Part shown: positions 1 through 7,592 of the stretch, piece by piece | Numbering within the stretch: position 1 is the first letter of the stretch | Layout of the letters: every line of letters starts with the position of its first letter | Source of the DNA: an uncultured virus (IMG/VR IMGVR_UViG_3300033148_005029) | Lineage: Duplodnaviria; Heunggongvirae; Uroviricota; Caudoviricetes | DNA: 20,000 bases | IMG/VR virus record: IMGVR_UViG_3300033148_005029 | Direction: 5' to 3' (one strand) | Position numbers and translations under genes: made by a program | Notes under the pieces: generated by a model | What the model saw: the letters and a program-made list of their open reading frames with translations, nothing else | What the model was told of the DNA's origin: nothing | Database searches by the model: none

Positions 1-2
1 CC

Positions 3-2120
3 GACATCTTCGGCGTCCCGCGCACGAAGGACATGGGCATGCACACGGCGCTCGAAGCGCTGAAGGAGTGCAGGCTCATGTACTACTGCCGGATCGCCGG
101 TGCGAGCGCCGCGAAGGGTGTCATCACTGTCGCGGACGACGGCTCCGGGGCGACCTCGGGATGCACACCACAAGCTGCGAATAACGAATACTACAACTTG
201 GAGCCGAACGCGACGATCGTCTTCACGGACAGCGTCACCGGCACCGCGACCTTCACGGCGACGGCAGCGAACATCACGTCGGGTAGCGCGGAGACGTACA
301 ACCTGACCGCCATTGCAGCTGCTGCTCCGGTCACGCTGACCATTAGCGTCGATCAGGGGCCGACGCAGACCTGTACGATCGCGTCCGGTGACGTCTCGAA
401 CTTCGCCGCGGTGACAGCGCTGGAGGTCATAACCCTCCTGAACGCCCAGATTTTCGGTATCCAGGCGACGGTCTCCGCGACCTCGGTGAAGATTGCGAGC
501 GACACACGCGGTACCGGCAGCTACGTCGAGATCACCGGCGGTACGGCGAACGACGTTGTCAACGGCCTCAACTTCTCGACGACGCCTGTGCAGGGTACCG
601 GCAACGTCGTCAGCATCGACGCGGTGACGGGCGCAGAGATCAAGACGATCGTCGAGCTTGCCATCGCGACGATTTCGGTCAGCCTCAGCGTCAACGGCGC
701 GCCGACCTTCTGTACCGTTGCCGTCGGCATAGCGGCGGACATCGGCATCAGCGCGACCTCGACGGCGATCGGAGCAGCTCCTCTCATCTCCGTGCCGACA
801 GGAATCACCTACACGGGCCTCGCGGCAGCGCTGTCGCAGAACACCATCAGCTTCACGGCGTCGTCGGAAGGCTCTCATTCCAGCGAGATCGACGTCGTCA
901 TCTCGACCTCGACGGTTCACGCGAGCCTCAAGAAGATCGTCGTCATGTACCGGGACGCGGTCGTCGAGACGTACGACGCTCTGTACAAGGGTACGGACCC
1001 GGCTCCGTCAGGCGTCACGTACTACGAGATGATCACGACGCTCAACGCCGGTTCGACGGACGGCGCCTTTCCCGCGTCGGAGTACATCGTTGCGGCGGAC
1101 CTCAACGCGGCGGCCGAAGACCCGACGGACGGCACGAACACGCTCTCCGCAGGTGACGACGGTGACAACTGGACGACCGGCACCGTCATCGGCACCGTCA
1201 TCGGCCAGACTCGCACCGGCATGCAGGTGTTCGGCGACCCCGAGCTGATCTACATCACGCTGCTCGCGACGCCGGGAATCGCCTACCCCGCGGTCATCGC
1301 TGAGGGGCTCAGCATGTGCGCAGAGCGCGCGGACTGCTTCTACATCGCGGACCCGCCGCAGAGCCTCACGCCCGCGGAGGTGGTCGACTGGCACAACGGC
1401 AACGCGGGCGGCGCCTACGTGGTCGATCAGGAGGGCCGGAGCGAGGCTGGCGCGAACACGACGTACTTCAACAGCTCGTACGGTGGGCTGTGGCACGACT
1501 ACTTCACCGCGTTCGACGCCTTCAACGACGCGAACATCACGCTACCACCGTCGGCGACCGTGCTGCGCACCGTCGGCTACACCGACAACGTCGCGGATCC
1601 GTGGTGGGCGCCGGCCGGGCCGAACCGCTCACAGACGAGCGCCGTCATCGCGCTGGCTTCCTCGCCGACGCAGGGCGAGCGTGACCTCATGCAGATGCAG
1701 GGGAACAACGTCAACCCGATCGCGCTCATCAGCGGAGCGGGCATCGTCATCATGGGGCAGAAGACGATGCAGAAAGCGCCGACGGCGCTCGACCGCGTCA
1801 ACGTCCGCCGGCTCATGCTCTACGCGGAGAAGATCGTCGCGACGACGGTGCTCTTCCTGACGTTCGAGCCGAACGACCCGACGATGTGGCGGCGCTTCAT
1901 CAACCTCGTGCAGCCCGTCTTCGATGACATCGCGGCGAGACGTGGTCTCGAAGACTTCCGCGTGATCGCGGACAGCTCGACGAACACGGATGTGCTCATC
2001 AATCAGAACACCTTCCTGGGCAAGATATTTCTCACGCCAACCAAAAGCGCAGAGAAGGTAATCGCCGAGTTCAATCTTTTGCCTTCAGGAGCGGATTTCA
2101 CAGAGTACGCGCAGGCTTAG
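3..2120 (+). CDS. Contractile tail sheath protein (T4 gp18-like), 5'-truncated
   Basis: The frame is open from position 3 (DIFGVP...MYYCRI resembles the sheath N-terminal FGxP...YxxRV motif), so the real start lies upstream of ATG 33. The C-terminal half has sheath hallmarks: LLATPG, RADCFYIADPP, PWWAPAGPNR, NVNPI, GQKT, DRVNVRRL, FEPND. Confidence 0.95.
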   Translation, partial: DIFGVPRTKDMGMHTALEALKECRLMYYCRIAGASAAKGVITVADDGSGATSGCTPQAANNEYYNLEPNATIVFTDSVTGTATFTATAANITSGSAETYNLTAIAAAAPVTLTISVDQGPTQTCTIASGDVSNFAAVTALEVITLLNAQIFGIQATVSATSVKIASDTRGTGSYVEITGGTANDVVNGLNFSTTPVQGTGNVVSIDAVTGAEIKTIVELAIATISVSLSVNGAPTFCTVAVGIAADIGISATSTAIGAAPLISVPTGITYTGLAAALSQNTISFTASSEGSHSSEIDVVISTSTVHASLKKIVVMYRDAVVETYDALYKGTDPAPSGVTYYEMITTLNAGSTDGAFPASEYIVAADLNAAAEDPTDGTNTLSAGDDGDNWTTGTVIGTVIGQTRTGMQVFGDPELIYITLLATPGIAYPAVIAEGLSMCAERADCFYIADPPQSLTPAEVVDWHNGNAGGAYVVDQEGRSEAGANTTYFNSSYGGLWHDYFTAFDAFNDANITLPPSATVLRTVGYTDNVADPWWAPAGPNRSQTSAVIALASSPTQGERDLMQMQGNNVNPIALISGAGIVIMGQKTMQKAPTALDRVNVRRLMLYAEKIVATTVLFLTFEPNDPTMWRRFINLVQPVFDDIAARRGLEDFRVIADSSTNTDVLINQNTFLGKIFLTPTKSAEKVIAEFNLLPSGADFTEYAQA

Positions 2121-2155
2121 GGTTACGCAAGATGTGCGTTATATGACTGTCTCGA

Positions 2156-2186
2156 TGCTATACTCTCCCTATTGCTTGAAGGGAGG
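2156..2186 (+). promoter_or_regulatory. Extended -10 promoter (TGcTATACT) and hairpin covering the SD of the GIY-YIG gene
   Basis: TG-n-TATACT at 2156-2164. CTCCCT (2165-2170) is the exact reverse complement of AGGGAG (2180-2185), which overlaps the SD GGGAGG (2181-2186) before ATG 2192. Confidence 0.6.
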
Positions 2187-2191
2187 AAGGT

Positions 2192-2974
2192 ATGATCGAG
2201 ATGGTCGTAGTGTATGGTCTGTCGGAGACGCCGGAGCGAGCAGGGATTCACTATGTTGGAGTCACATCCGATCCGCGTCAGCGCCTGTATCAACACCTAA
2301 GCGAGGCTCGCTGTACAACACACCGCGGGTACGACAGCCGAAAAAGTCAATGGCTCAGAGGTCTAACGCAGTCGCCGCACATTTTGTCCTTGGAGCGTGT
2401 GTCTGCCGAAGACGGGCGGGATGCGGAGCAACGTTGGATCATGTTCTTGCATACGAAGGGGAACGCACTCTTCAACAAGCTTTGGTTCGCAGCAACGTGC
2501 CCGTGGACGCGCGAAATTCGTGCGAATATGTCGTTTGCTGCCAAGAAGCGGTATCAGGATCTTGGGCAGCGGCAAGCGTTGTCTTTGCGCGCGCAAGAAC
2601 GAGCGAAGACAGACGAAGGGCGCGCTCATCTCAAGCGCATCAGCGCGCTCGGCGTCGCAACGATGAAGAACGACGAGAGCGCGCGTCAGCGGCAACGGGC
2701 GGGGCTCAAACACTCGTGGAACGAGATGCCCCCGGAGCAACGCGCCGCCCGCGTCGCGAACGCGACAGCGGGTCTGAACGCTCCGGGCGTTCAGGAGCGG
2801 AAGGGAGCAGCCATCTCAGCTGCGAAGTTCCGACGTTGGGCACGGAAGGGATGGACGAAGGGGCACGTCGAGGTGATTATCAGTGAGAGTCGGAACCTCG
2901 ACAGCGCTGCGGCGATACTTGGTTGTACTCGACCAACCCTTCGCCAGCTCCGCAAGCACTACGGTATCGGTTGA
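2192..2974 (+). CDS. Free-standing GIY-YIG homing endonuclease-like protein with C-terminal Fis-type HTH
   Basis: VYGL...HYVGVT..PRQRL..H, catalytic-type E in DAEQRWI and N in LFNK. Basic helical middle region. C-terminus RNLDSAAAILGCTRPTLRQLRKHYGI. Strong SD. Codon usage differs from the structural genes. Confidence 0.8.
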   Translation: MIEMVVVYGLSETPERAGIHYVGVTSDPRQRLYQHLSEARCTTHRGYDSRKSQWLRGLTQSPHILSLERVSAEDGRDAEQRWIMFLHTKGNALFNKLWFAATCPWTREIRANMSFAAKKRYQDLGQRQALSLRAQERAKTDEGRAHLKRISALGVATMKNDESARQRQRAGLKHSWNEMPPEQRAARVANATAGLNAPGVQERKGAAISAAKFRRWARKGWTKGHVEVIISESRNLDSAAAILGCTRPTLRQLRKHYGIG

Positions 2975-3026
2975 CGGGATGATGAAGCGCCTCCTGTCCG
3001 GGGGCAGACGATAGAAGGAGGCAGCA

Positions 3027-3590
3027 ATGACGCTCATCAATGCTCAGCACCTCGCCCCGGCGCTCGGCTTCTTCGAGCCGCAGCGCACGTTCTCGTGGGT
3101 GCTGGAGATCGGCCTCGACGATGTTGGGGATCAGATCCTCATCATGCAGTCGTTGGAGTCGTTCGGCGCCCCGAAGGAGTCGAACGAGACCATCGAGTTG
3201 CACCACGGTAACGAGGTGCGGAAGGTCGCGGGTAAGGTGTCGTTCGAGGACATCACCCTCGTCCTGAAGGACTTTGTCGACTCCAAAACGGCGCAGGCGG
3301 TCGCGAAGTGGAGGAGGCTTGTCTACAACCCCGAGACGGGCTCCGTCGGTCTCGCACGCGACTACAAGAAGTCCGCCGACCTCATCATGTTTGCACCCGA
3401 CTTGTCGAGTGCACGTGTCTGGAAGCTCTTCGGCGTGTGGCCGAAGGATGTCGACTACGGCACGCTTGACATGACGTCATCCGACAAGGTGACGCTCTCG
3501 CTCACTCTGAGCATCGACCGGGTTATGCCGGGCTTCGCCATCGCCATTCCGGCGGGCATCAATCAGGGGATGTCGCAGCTCCCGATCTGA
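3027..3590 (+). CDS. Tail tube protein (T4 gp19-like)
   Basis: 187 aa with FEPQRTFSW, KVAGKVSFEDITL, W...VYNPETG, DYKK, WKLFGVWP..VDYGTLD. SD AGGAGG at 3016-3021. Located after the sheath. Confidence 0.92.
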   Translation: MTLINAQHLAPALGFFEPQRTFSWVLEIGLDDVGDQILIMQSLESFGAPKESNETIELHHGNEVRKVAGKVSFEDITLVLKDFVDSKTAQAVAKWRRLVYNPETGSVGLARDYKKSADLIMFAPDLSSARVWKLFGVWPKDVDYGTLDMTSSDKVTLSLTLSIDRVMPGFAIAIPAGINQGMSQLPI

Positions 3591-3606
3591 TCTACGGTTG
3601 GACAAT

Positions 3607-3646
3607 GAGCCTACCGCGCCTGTGGCAGGGGATGCGGTAGGCTTTC
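3607..3646 (+). terminator. Strong hairpin after the tube gene (weak intrinsic terminator/attenuator or mRNA stabiliser)
   Basis: AGCCTACCGC (3608-3617) pairs perfectly with GCGGTAGGCT (3634-3643), with an inner CCTG/CAGG stem. Only a short TTT tail follows. Confidence 0.55.
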
Positions 3647-3664
3647 GCACAGGAGGAGAGGACA

Positions 3665-4498
3665 GTGCTTGAGCAGCTCCAGGCTATGCAAGCGGACGTG
3701 CTGCGGGAGTGGATGCCCGTCACGCTACCGTCTCGTGGGTTCTACTACGGCGACAAGTGTCCGATGGGCGAGGTGCATATCACCCCGTGGACGACTGCGC
3801 AGGAGGAGGCCATTGCGCGACACACGAGCGGGAAGGCAAGTCTGCTCATCCAGCAGCTCATGACTGGCAACATCAAGCTGGGCGAAGGCGGGTTGGCATA
3901 CGACGACCTTCTTGTCACGGATCACTTCTATCTGCTGTTTCAGCTTCGACGTGTCAGTCTCACGTCGCACTACACCATCGAGCGGAATTGCTCGTCGTGC
4001 GGGTTCGCGCACAAGATCAGCGTCGACCTCGGCACTGACCTCCCCATCAAGGATCTCTCCGACGAACCGGTGATAGAGCCGTTCGAGGCGTTTCTTCCGC
4101 GTGCGAAGCAGACCGTCACGTTGCAATTTCTGCGCGTCAGGGACGAAGCGGCCATGAACAACTACGCGGAGCGGAAGCTGCGGGAGGTGACAGAGACAGG
4201 TTCTCCGGCGACGCGTTTCCGTCACGCGCGCCGCATCGTTGCCATCGACGGGAAGGATGAGCCGTTTCAGGAGCGTATGCAGTTCGTGGCAGGCTTACGG
4301 ATGCTCGATCTGCAGGTCATGGACATGGTGATTGAAGAGCACGAGACGGGACTCGTTCCCGAGATGACCAGCACGTGCCCCCGCTGCAACCATGTGGACG
4401 AGTGGGGCGTGCCGATGTCGGCGGAGTTCTTTCGTCCTTCAGCAGATGACATCAGAGCAGAGATCGCAGCTGCTAAGCTCGCTCATGGCGGAGACTGA
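3665..4498 (+). CDS. Tail/baseplate-hub assembly chaperone (T4 gp26/gp51-like) with CxxC motifs
   Basis: GTG start with SD AGGAGG (3651-3656). Motifs VTLPSRGFYY, DLLVTDHFYLLFQLRRVS, CSSC, CPRC and EFFRP. Sits between tube and tape measure. Confidence 0.75.
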   Translation: MLEQLQAMQADVLREWMPVTLPSRGFYYGDKCPMGEVHITPWTTAQEEAIARHTSGKASLLIQQLMTGNIKLGEGGLAYDDLLVTDHFYLLFQLRRVSLTSHYTIERNCSSCGFAHKISVDLGTDLPIKDLSDEPVIEPFEAFLPRAKQTVTLQFLRVRDEAAMNNYAERKLREVTETGSPATRFRHARRIVAIDGKDEPFQERMQFVAGLRMLDLQVMDMVIEEHETGLVPEMTSTCPRCNHVDEWGVPMSAEFFRPSADDIRAEIAAAKLAHGGD

Positions 4499-4637
4499 TT
4501 TTCTCGTAGGCGAAGGTTACAGCTTCACCGAGGTCATGCTCATGTCGTCGTCACGACGACGCCGGATCTGTCAGGCGAAAATTGAGCGCGCTCGTAAGCG
4601 TGACGAGCAGATAAAGCACCAGCGAAAGGGCCGATAA
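4446..4637 (+). CDS. Small tail assembly chaperone-like ORF; possibly the frameshift extension of 3665..4498
   Basis: Overlaps the chaperone 3' end in the +1 frame. Sequence FLVGEGYSFTEVMLMSSSRRRRICQAKIERARKRDEQ resembles small pre-tape-measure proteins. Stop TAA overlaps the tape-measure ATG. Start is uncertain (ATG 4446 or 4485, neither with a clear SD). Confidence 0.6.
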   Translation: MTSEQRSQLLSSLMAETDFLVGEGYSFTEVMLMSSSRRRRICQAKIERARKRDEQIKHQRKGR

Positions 4638-6430
4638 TGGGTGCTGAAGTCGGCGGCTTCAACTTCGTCATCGGTGCGGACATCGAAGAGTTCCGCAAAG
4701 GGATTCAGCAGGTCCAGAAGGCGATGAACGGGCTGGCGGGCCTTGCCGCGAAGCTGACCGAGGACTTCGCGAAAGCAGCTGGAGGTGACGCCCCGGCCAA
4801 AGGCTCGGGTGGCGGCAAGAAGAAAAAAGGGAAGTCGACGGGCGGCCTCATCGGGGCGTGGTTTGGTGATATCGGCGCCAAAGCGCTCGCAGAGGAGACG
4901 ATCCCGGGGCTGGGCAAGGCGCTAACTGGCCTTCGTTCACCGATCGTCGGGCTTGGCATGGTAGCCGTCGCGATGACGCGCGAGTGGATGGCGTTCCACA
5001 ACGAAACCGACAAGTTCCGTCGCTCCGTTGGCATGACACGCGAGGAGATGTTCGAGACGCAGCAGGACTTGCTCGACGTGTCCATGCGCTATGGCACCAG
5101 CGTCAGCAAGCTCGCGAGCATCTTCACGTTCGTTGCTACAGGTGCAGCGCGCTCCTCCAAAGAGATGGCAAAGATGGCGGGGCACTTCGCGGAGCTGGAG
5201 AAAGCCACCGGATCGTCACAGAAGACCATCGTCGACTTCGGCCTTGCGCTGCGGCAGTCGCTGGAGATGTCTGAGGATCAGGCGAGAGCAACTGAGCTTG
5301 CGATCATCCGGTACTCGGGCATGTCGATGATGACTGACGAGGCGGCTCGCCAGTCAGCTACCGAGTTCATCGGCCAGACGAAGCAGTTCGGAGCAGACAA
5401 GCGGAGAAAGCTGTTCGAGCAGTACATCGCGCTCACTCACGCGGGTAAGCAACTCGGCGGGAAGGAGGAGAGTGAAGCGCTTGGCGCTGCTGCTATTGCT
5501 ATGTTGACGAAGTCCGGTGGGCTCACTGGCTTGGAGGTTCTTGAAAAACACGCGTTTGACTTGCAGAAGGCTCTTGAGCCGGTGTTCCTGCGGTTGGATG
5601 AAGCTGATAAGGCAGGTAAGGAGCTTGTCTTCGGTGAAATAGCGCGCGGAGCTGGAATGGAGGGCTTTGCGCGTCAGGCGCTGGAGGGTTGGAGGAAGAT
5701 CAACGCGGGCATCAACGAGGGTACGAGTGCCCTTCAGAAGTACAAGAAGGCGCTCGTAGACACGCAGGGTATGACACCTGAGCAGGTACAGCAGGCGCTC
5801 GAAGGCATGAAAGGCCCGTGGCAGAAGGTGGACGACTCTATTGGTCGCATCAAGGGCCTCCTGTTCGACATCGTGACTGGACCTCTTCTGCCTGCGATCG
5901 AGGGTACGTTCAAGCTCGTTGAGACTGCGCTCTCTGGTATTCTCAAGCTTGCGGCCTGGTTCAAGGGATCAGACAAAGCGGACGCTGAGACTACGCGCAA
6001 GGCTACGCAGGCGAAGCAGTGGAAATCGGGTATCGCTGGTGAGGTTCAGGTGATCGACGCGCTCATGGAACAGATGCAGGGGCGGTGGGGTGGCCCCTCC
6101 GACAAGATGGTGACCGACGCGTTCGCGGACGTGCGACGGGATACGGTGCTTACGGCGGGCGACCCGTTCATGACGGGAACGAACGAAATGACGTCGCAGT
6201 TCGCTGGTGGTTTTGAGGAGACACCTCTCGAAGCTTTCCCTTCGTACAACCCTGCCGCTTACAAGCGGGGTACCGAAAGCACGATGCTTCACGCGTACGA
6301 GTCCAAGGCGCGAGCGAAAGAAGTCACGAGCGCTATGGATCGGTTGACGGCAGCGCTCAATGAGGCGAATGCGGTCGATCGTGCTCGCGTGCGGCACGAC
6401 GAAACTACAGCTGTACTCGGGGGACCGTAG
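4637..6430 (+). CDS. Tape measure protein
   Basis: 597 aa, Ala/Gly/Lys/Glu-rich and predominantly helical-looking. N-terminus FVIGADIEEFRKGIQQV. Located between chaperones and tube initiator. Confidence 0.8.
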   Translation: MGAEVGGFNFVIGADIEEFRKGIQQVQKAMNGLAGLAAKLTEDFAKAAGGDAPAKGSGGGKKKKGKSTGGLIGAWFGDIGAKALAEETIPGLGKALTGLRSPIVGLGMVAVAMTREWMAFHNETDKFRRSVGMTREEMFETQQDLLDVSMRYGTSVSKLASIFTFVATGAARSSKEMAKMAGHFAELEKATGSSQKTIVDFGLALRQSLEMSEDQARATELAIIRYSGMSMMTDEAARQSATEFIGQTKQFGADKRRKLFEQYIALTHAGKQLGGKEESEALGAAAIAMLTKSGGLTGLEVLEKHAFDLQKALEPVFLRLDEADKAGKELVFGEIARGAGMEGFARQALEGWRKINAGINEGTSALQKYKKALVDTQGMTPEQVQQALEGMKGPWQKVDDSIGRIKGLLFDIVTGPLLPAIEGTFKLVETALSGILKLAAWFKGSDKADAETTRKATQAKQWKSGIAGEVQVIDALMEQMQGRWGGPSDKMVTDAFADVRRDTVLTAGDPFMTGTNEMTSQFAGGFEETPLEAFPSYNPAAYKRGTESTMLHAYESKARAKEVTSAMDRLTAALNEANAVDRARVRHDETTAVLGGP

Positions 6431-6431
6431 C

Positions 6432-7214
6432 GTGAAGCACCTCGACCGTACTCGGTTCCGTATCAGCCTTGAGCCGGAGTCGCTCATCGCGAGGAACAAG
6501 TACGACGCGCGTCTGTTTCTCGCGTTCCCCGAGCTACCGGAGACGATGAGCATCGCCAAGTCGGTGAACTACGCGGACGAGGTCATTCCGGGCTGGTCTG
6601 AGCCGCTCGTCGGATGGTCGAGCTGCGCGGCGACGACCATCGACTTCACGGTCAAGTTCGTCGCTACAGGTGAGAATACACCGAAGAAGAAACAGGTCAG
6701 CCCGCCCGGATCGTTTGAGACAACGGCGGCAGAAGACGTGGGGCAGGGTGTACTCGATGCTCTGCAGAACTTCCCTCTTGCCGTCCCGATGGTGGGGCAG
6801 GACGGCTACCCCTACGACAACACGCAGCCGCTCAGCGATCTGTCTGCAGTCGTTATCGACGAGGTGCTGACGAAGGCAGAGTGGCTGCTGGCGCTCACGC
6901 ACCCACAGTATGACAACTCTGGAAAGCCATTCCCGCCGCCGATCGTCTGGCTGGAGTACGGGCAGAACTTCCGGCGTCGTGGCGTCCTCAAGAGTGTAAC
7001 CCTTACGCTGCAAGGCCCCTGGCATCCCGTGACGCTGCTATGTCAGCGCATCGACGCTGCTGTGTCGTTTCAGGAGATCAACCGCGGCCCGGTTGGTTAC
7101 AGCAACGTCAGGCGGGGCATTCATTACCCTGAGTCTAATCTCAACCAGTCCATCTATGCCGCGTCGCGCCCGAACAAGGACATTTTGGCACTGGCACGGT
7201 ACAGTCAGGGGTAG
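6432..7214 (+). CDS. Tail tube initiator / baseplate-tube junction protein (CIS tube, Afp7/gp48-54-like)
   Basis: FPELPETMSIAKSVNY..EVIPGWSEPL..W...TIDFTVKF and PPPIVWLEYG...RGVLKSVT. Start moved to GTG 6432, 1 nt after the tape-measure stop. Confidence 0.7.
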   Translation: MKHLDRTRFRISLEPESLIARNKYDARLFLAFPELPETMSIAKSVNYADEVIPGWSEPLVGWSSCAATTIDFTVKFVATGENTPKKKQVSPPGSFETTAAEDVGQGVLDALQNFPLAVPMVGQDGYPYDNTQPLSDLSAVVIDEVLTKAEWLLALTHPQYDNSGKPFPPPIVWLEYGQNFRRRGVLKSVTLTLQGPWHPVTLLCQRIDAAVSFQEINRGPVGYSNVRRGIHYPESNLNQSIYAASRPNKDILALARYSQG

Positions 7215-7217
7215 TGC

Positions 7218-7592
7218 ATGGCAACATCGGACGCTACGACGGTCCGCGTCTCACCGAGGTCGCGGCACCGCTCGACTCCGCTCTTTTTGGAGCGCTACGA
7301 CGTTTCATCGGGAAGCACTACCGAAACACGCTCTCGTACTTTTTACGGTACGTGGGAGCCTCCGACGGTGTTCGAGACGCGACAGCCAACTCTCTGGAAG
7401 GTGGAGGCGGACGAGGCGGGGCGACCGGACCTGCTCGCGTATCGGCTCTACAAGGACTCCACGCTGTGGTGGGCGATCTGCATCCGCAACAACCTCTTCT
7501 TCCCTCTCATCGATCTCCGTGCAGGCATGACTGTCATCTGTCCGCATGTTGAGGATGTCATTGCGGGGCTCAACTCGGCAAAGCGCACATGA
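7218..7592 (+). CDS. LysM-fold baseplate wedge protein (T4 gp53 / P2 gpX-like)
   Basis: GRPDLLAYRLYKDSTLWWAICIRNNLFFPLIDLRAGMTVICP; expected position in the module. Confidence 0.85.
   Translation: MATSDATTVRVSPRSRHRSTPLFLERYDVSSGSTTETRSRTFYGTWEPPTVFETRQPTLWKVEADEAGRPDLLAYRLYKDSTLWWAICIRNNLFFPLIDLRAGMTVICPHVEDVIAGLNSAKRT

Noticed and set aside
1178..1205. Exact 12-bp tandem duplication CGGCACCGTCAT (GTVI GTVI) in the sheath gene
   Set aside because: Only two in-frame copies; no evidence of a functional repeat.
2134..2886. 250-aa ORF overlapping the GIY-YIG gene
   Set aside because: Alternative frame with no motifs. The 2192 frame has the SD and the nuclease signature.
2121..3026. Group I intron or intein around the endonuclease genes
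   Set aside because: The neighbouring genes look complete with their own starts and stops, and the non-coding flanks (about 70 and 50 bp) are too short for a ribozyme core. The same holds for the HNH gene.
4817..4831. AAAAAAG slippery-like run in the tape measure gene
   Set aside because: It is phased AAG AAG AAA AAA GGG rather than A AAA AAG, so it does not fit a -1 heptamer. It simply encodes a KKKK linker.
6360..6431. Upstream starts given by the ORF track (4392, 6360, 14188)
   Set aside because: They overlap the preceding genes and lack SDs. Downstream starts (or a frameshift for 4392) fit better.
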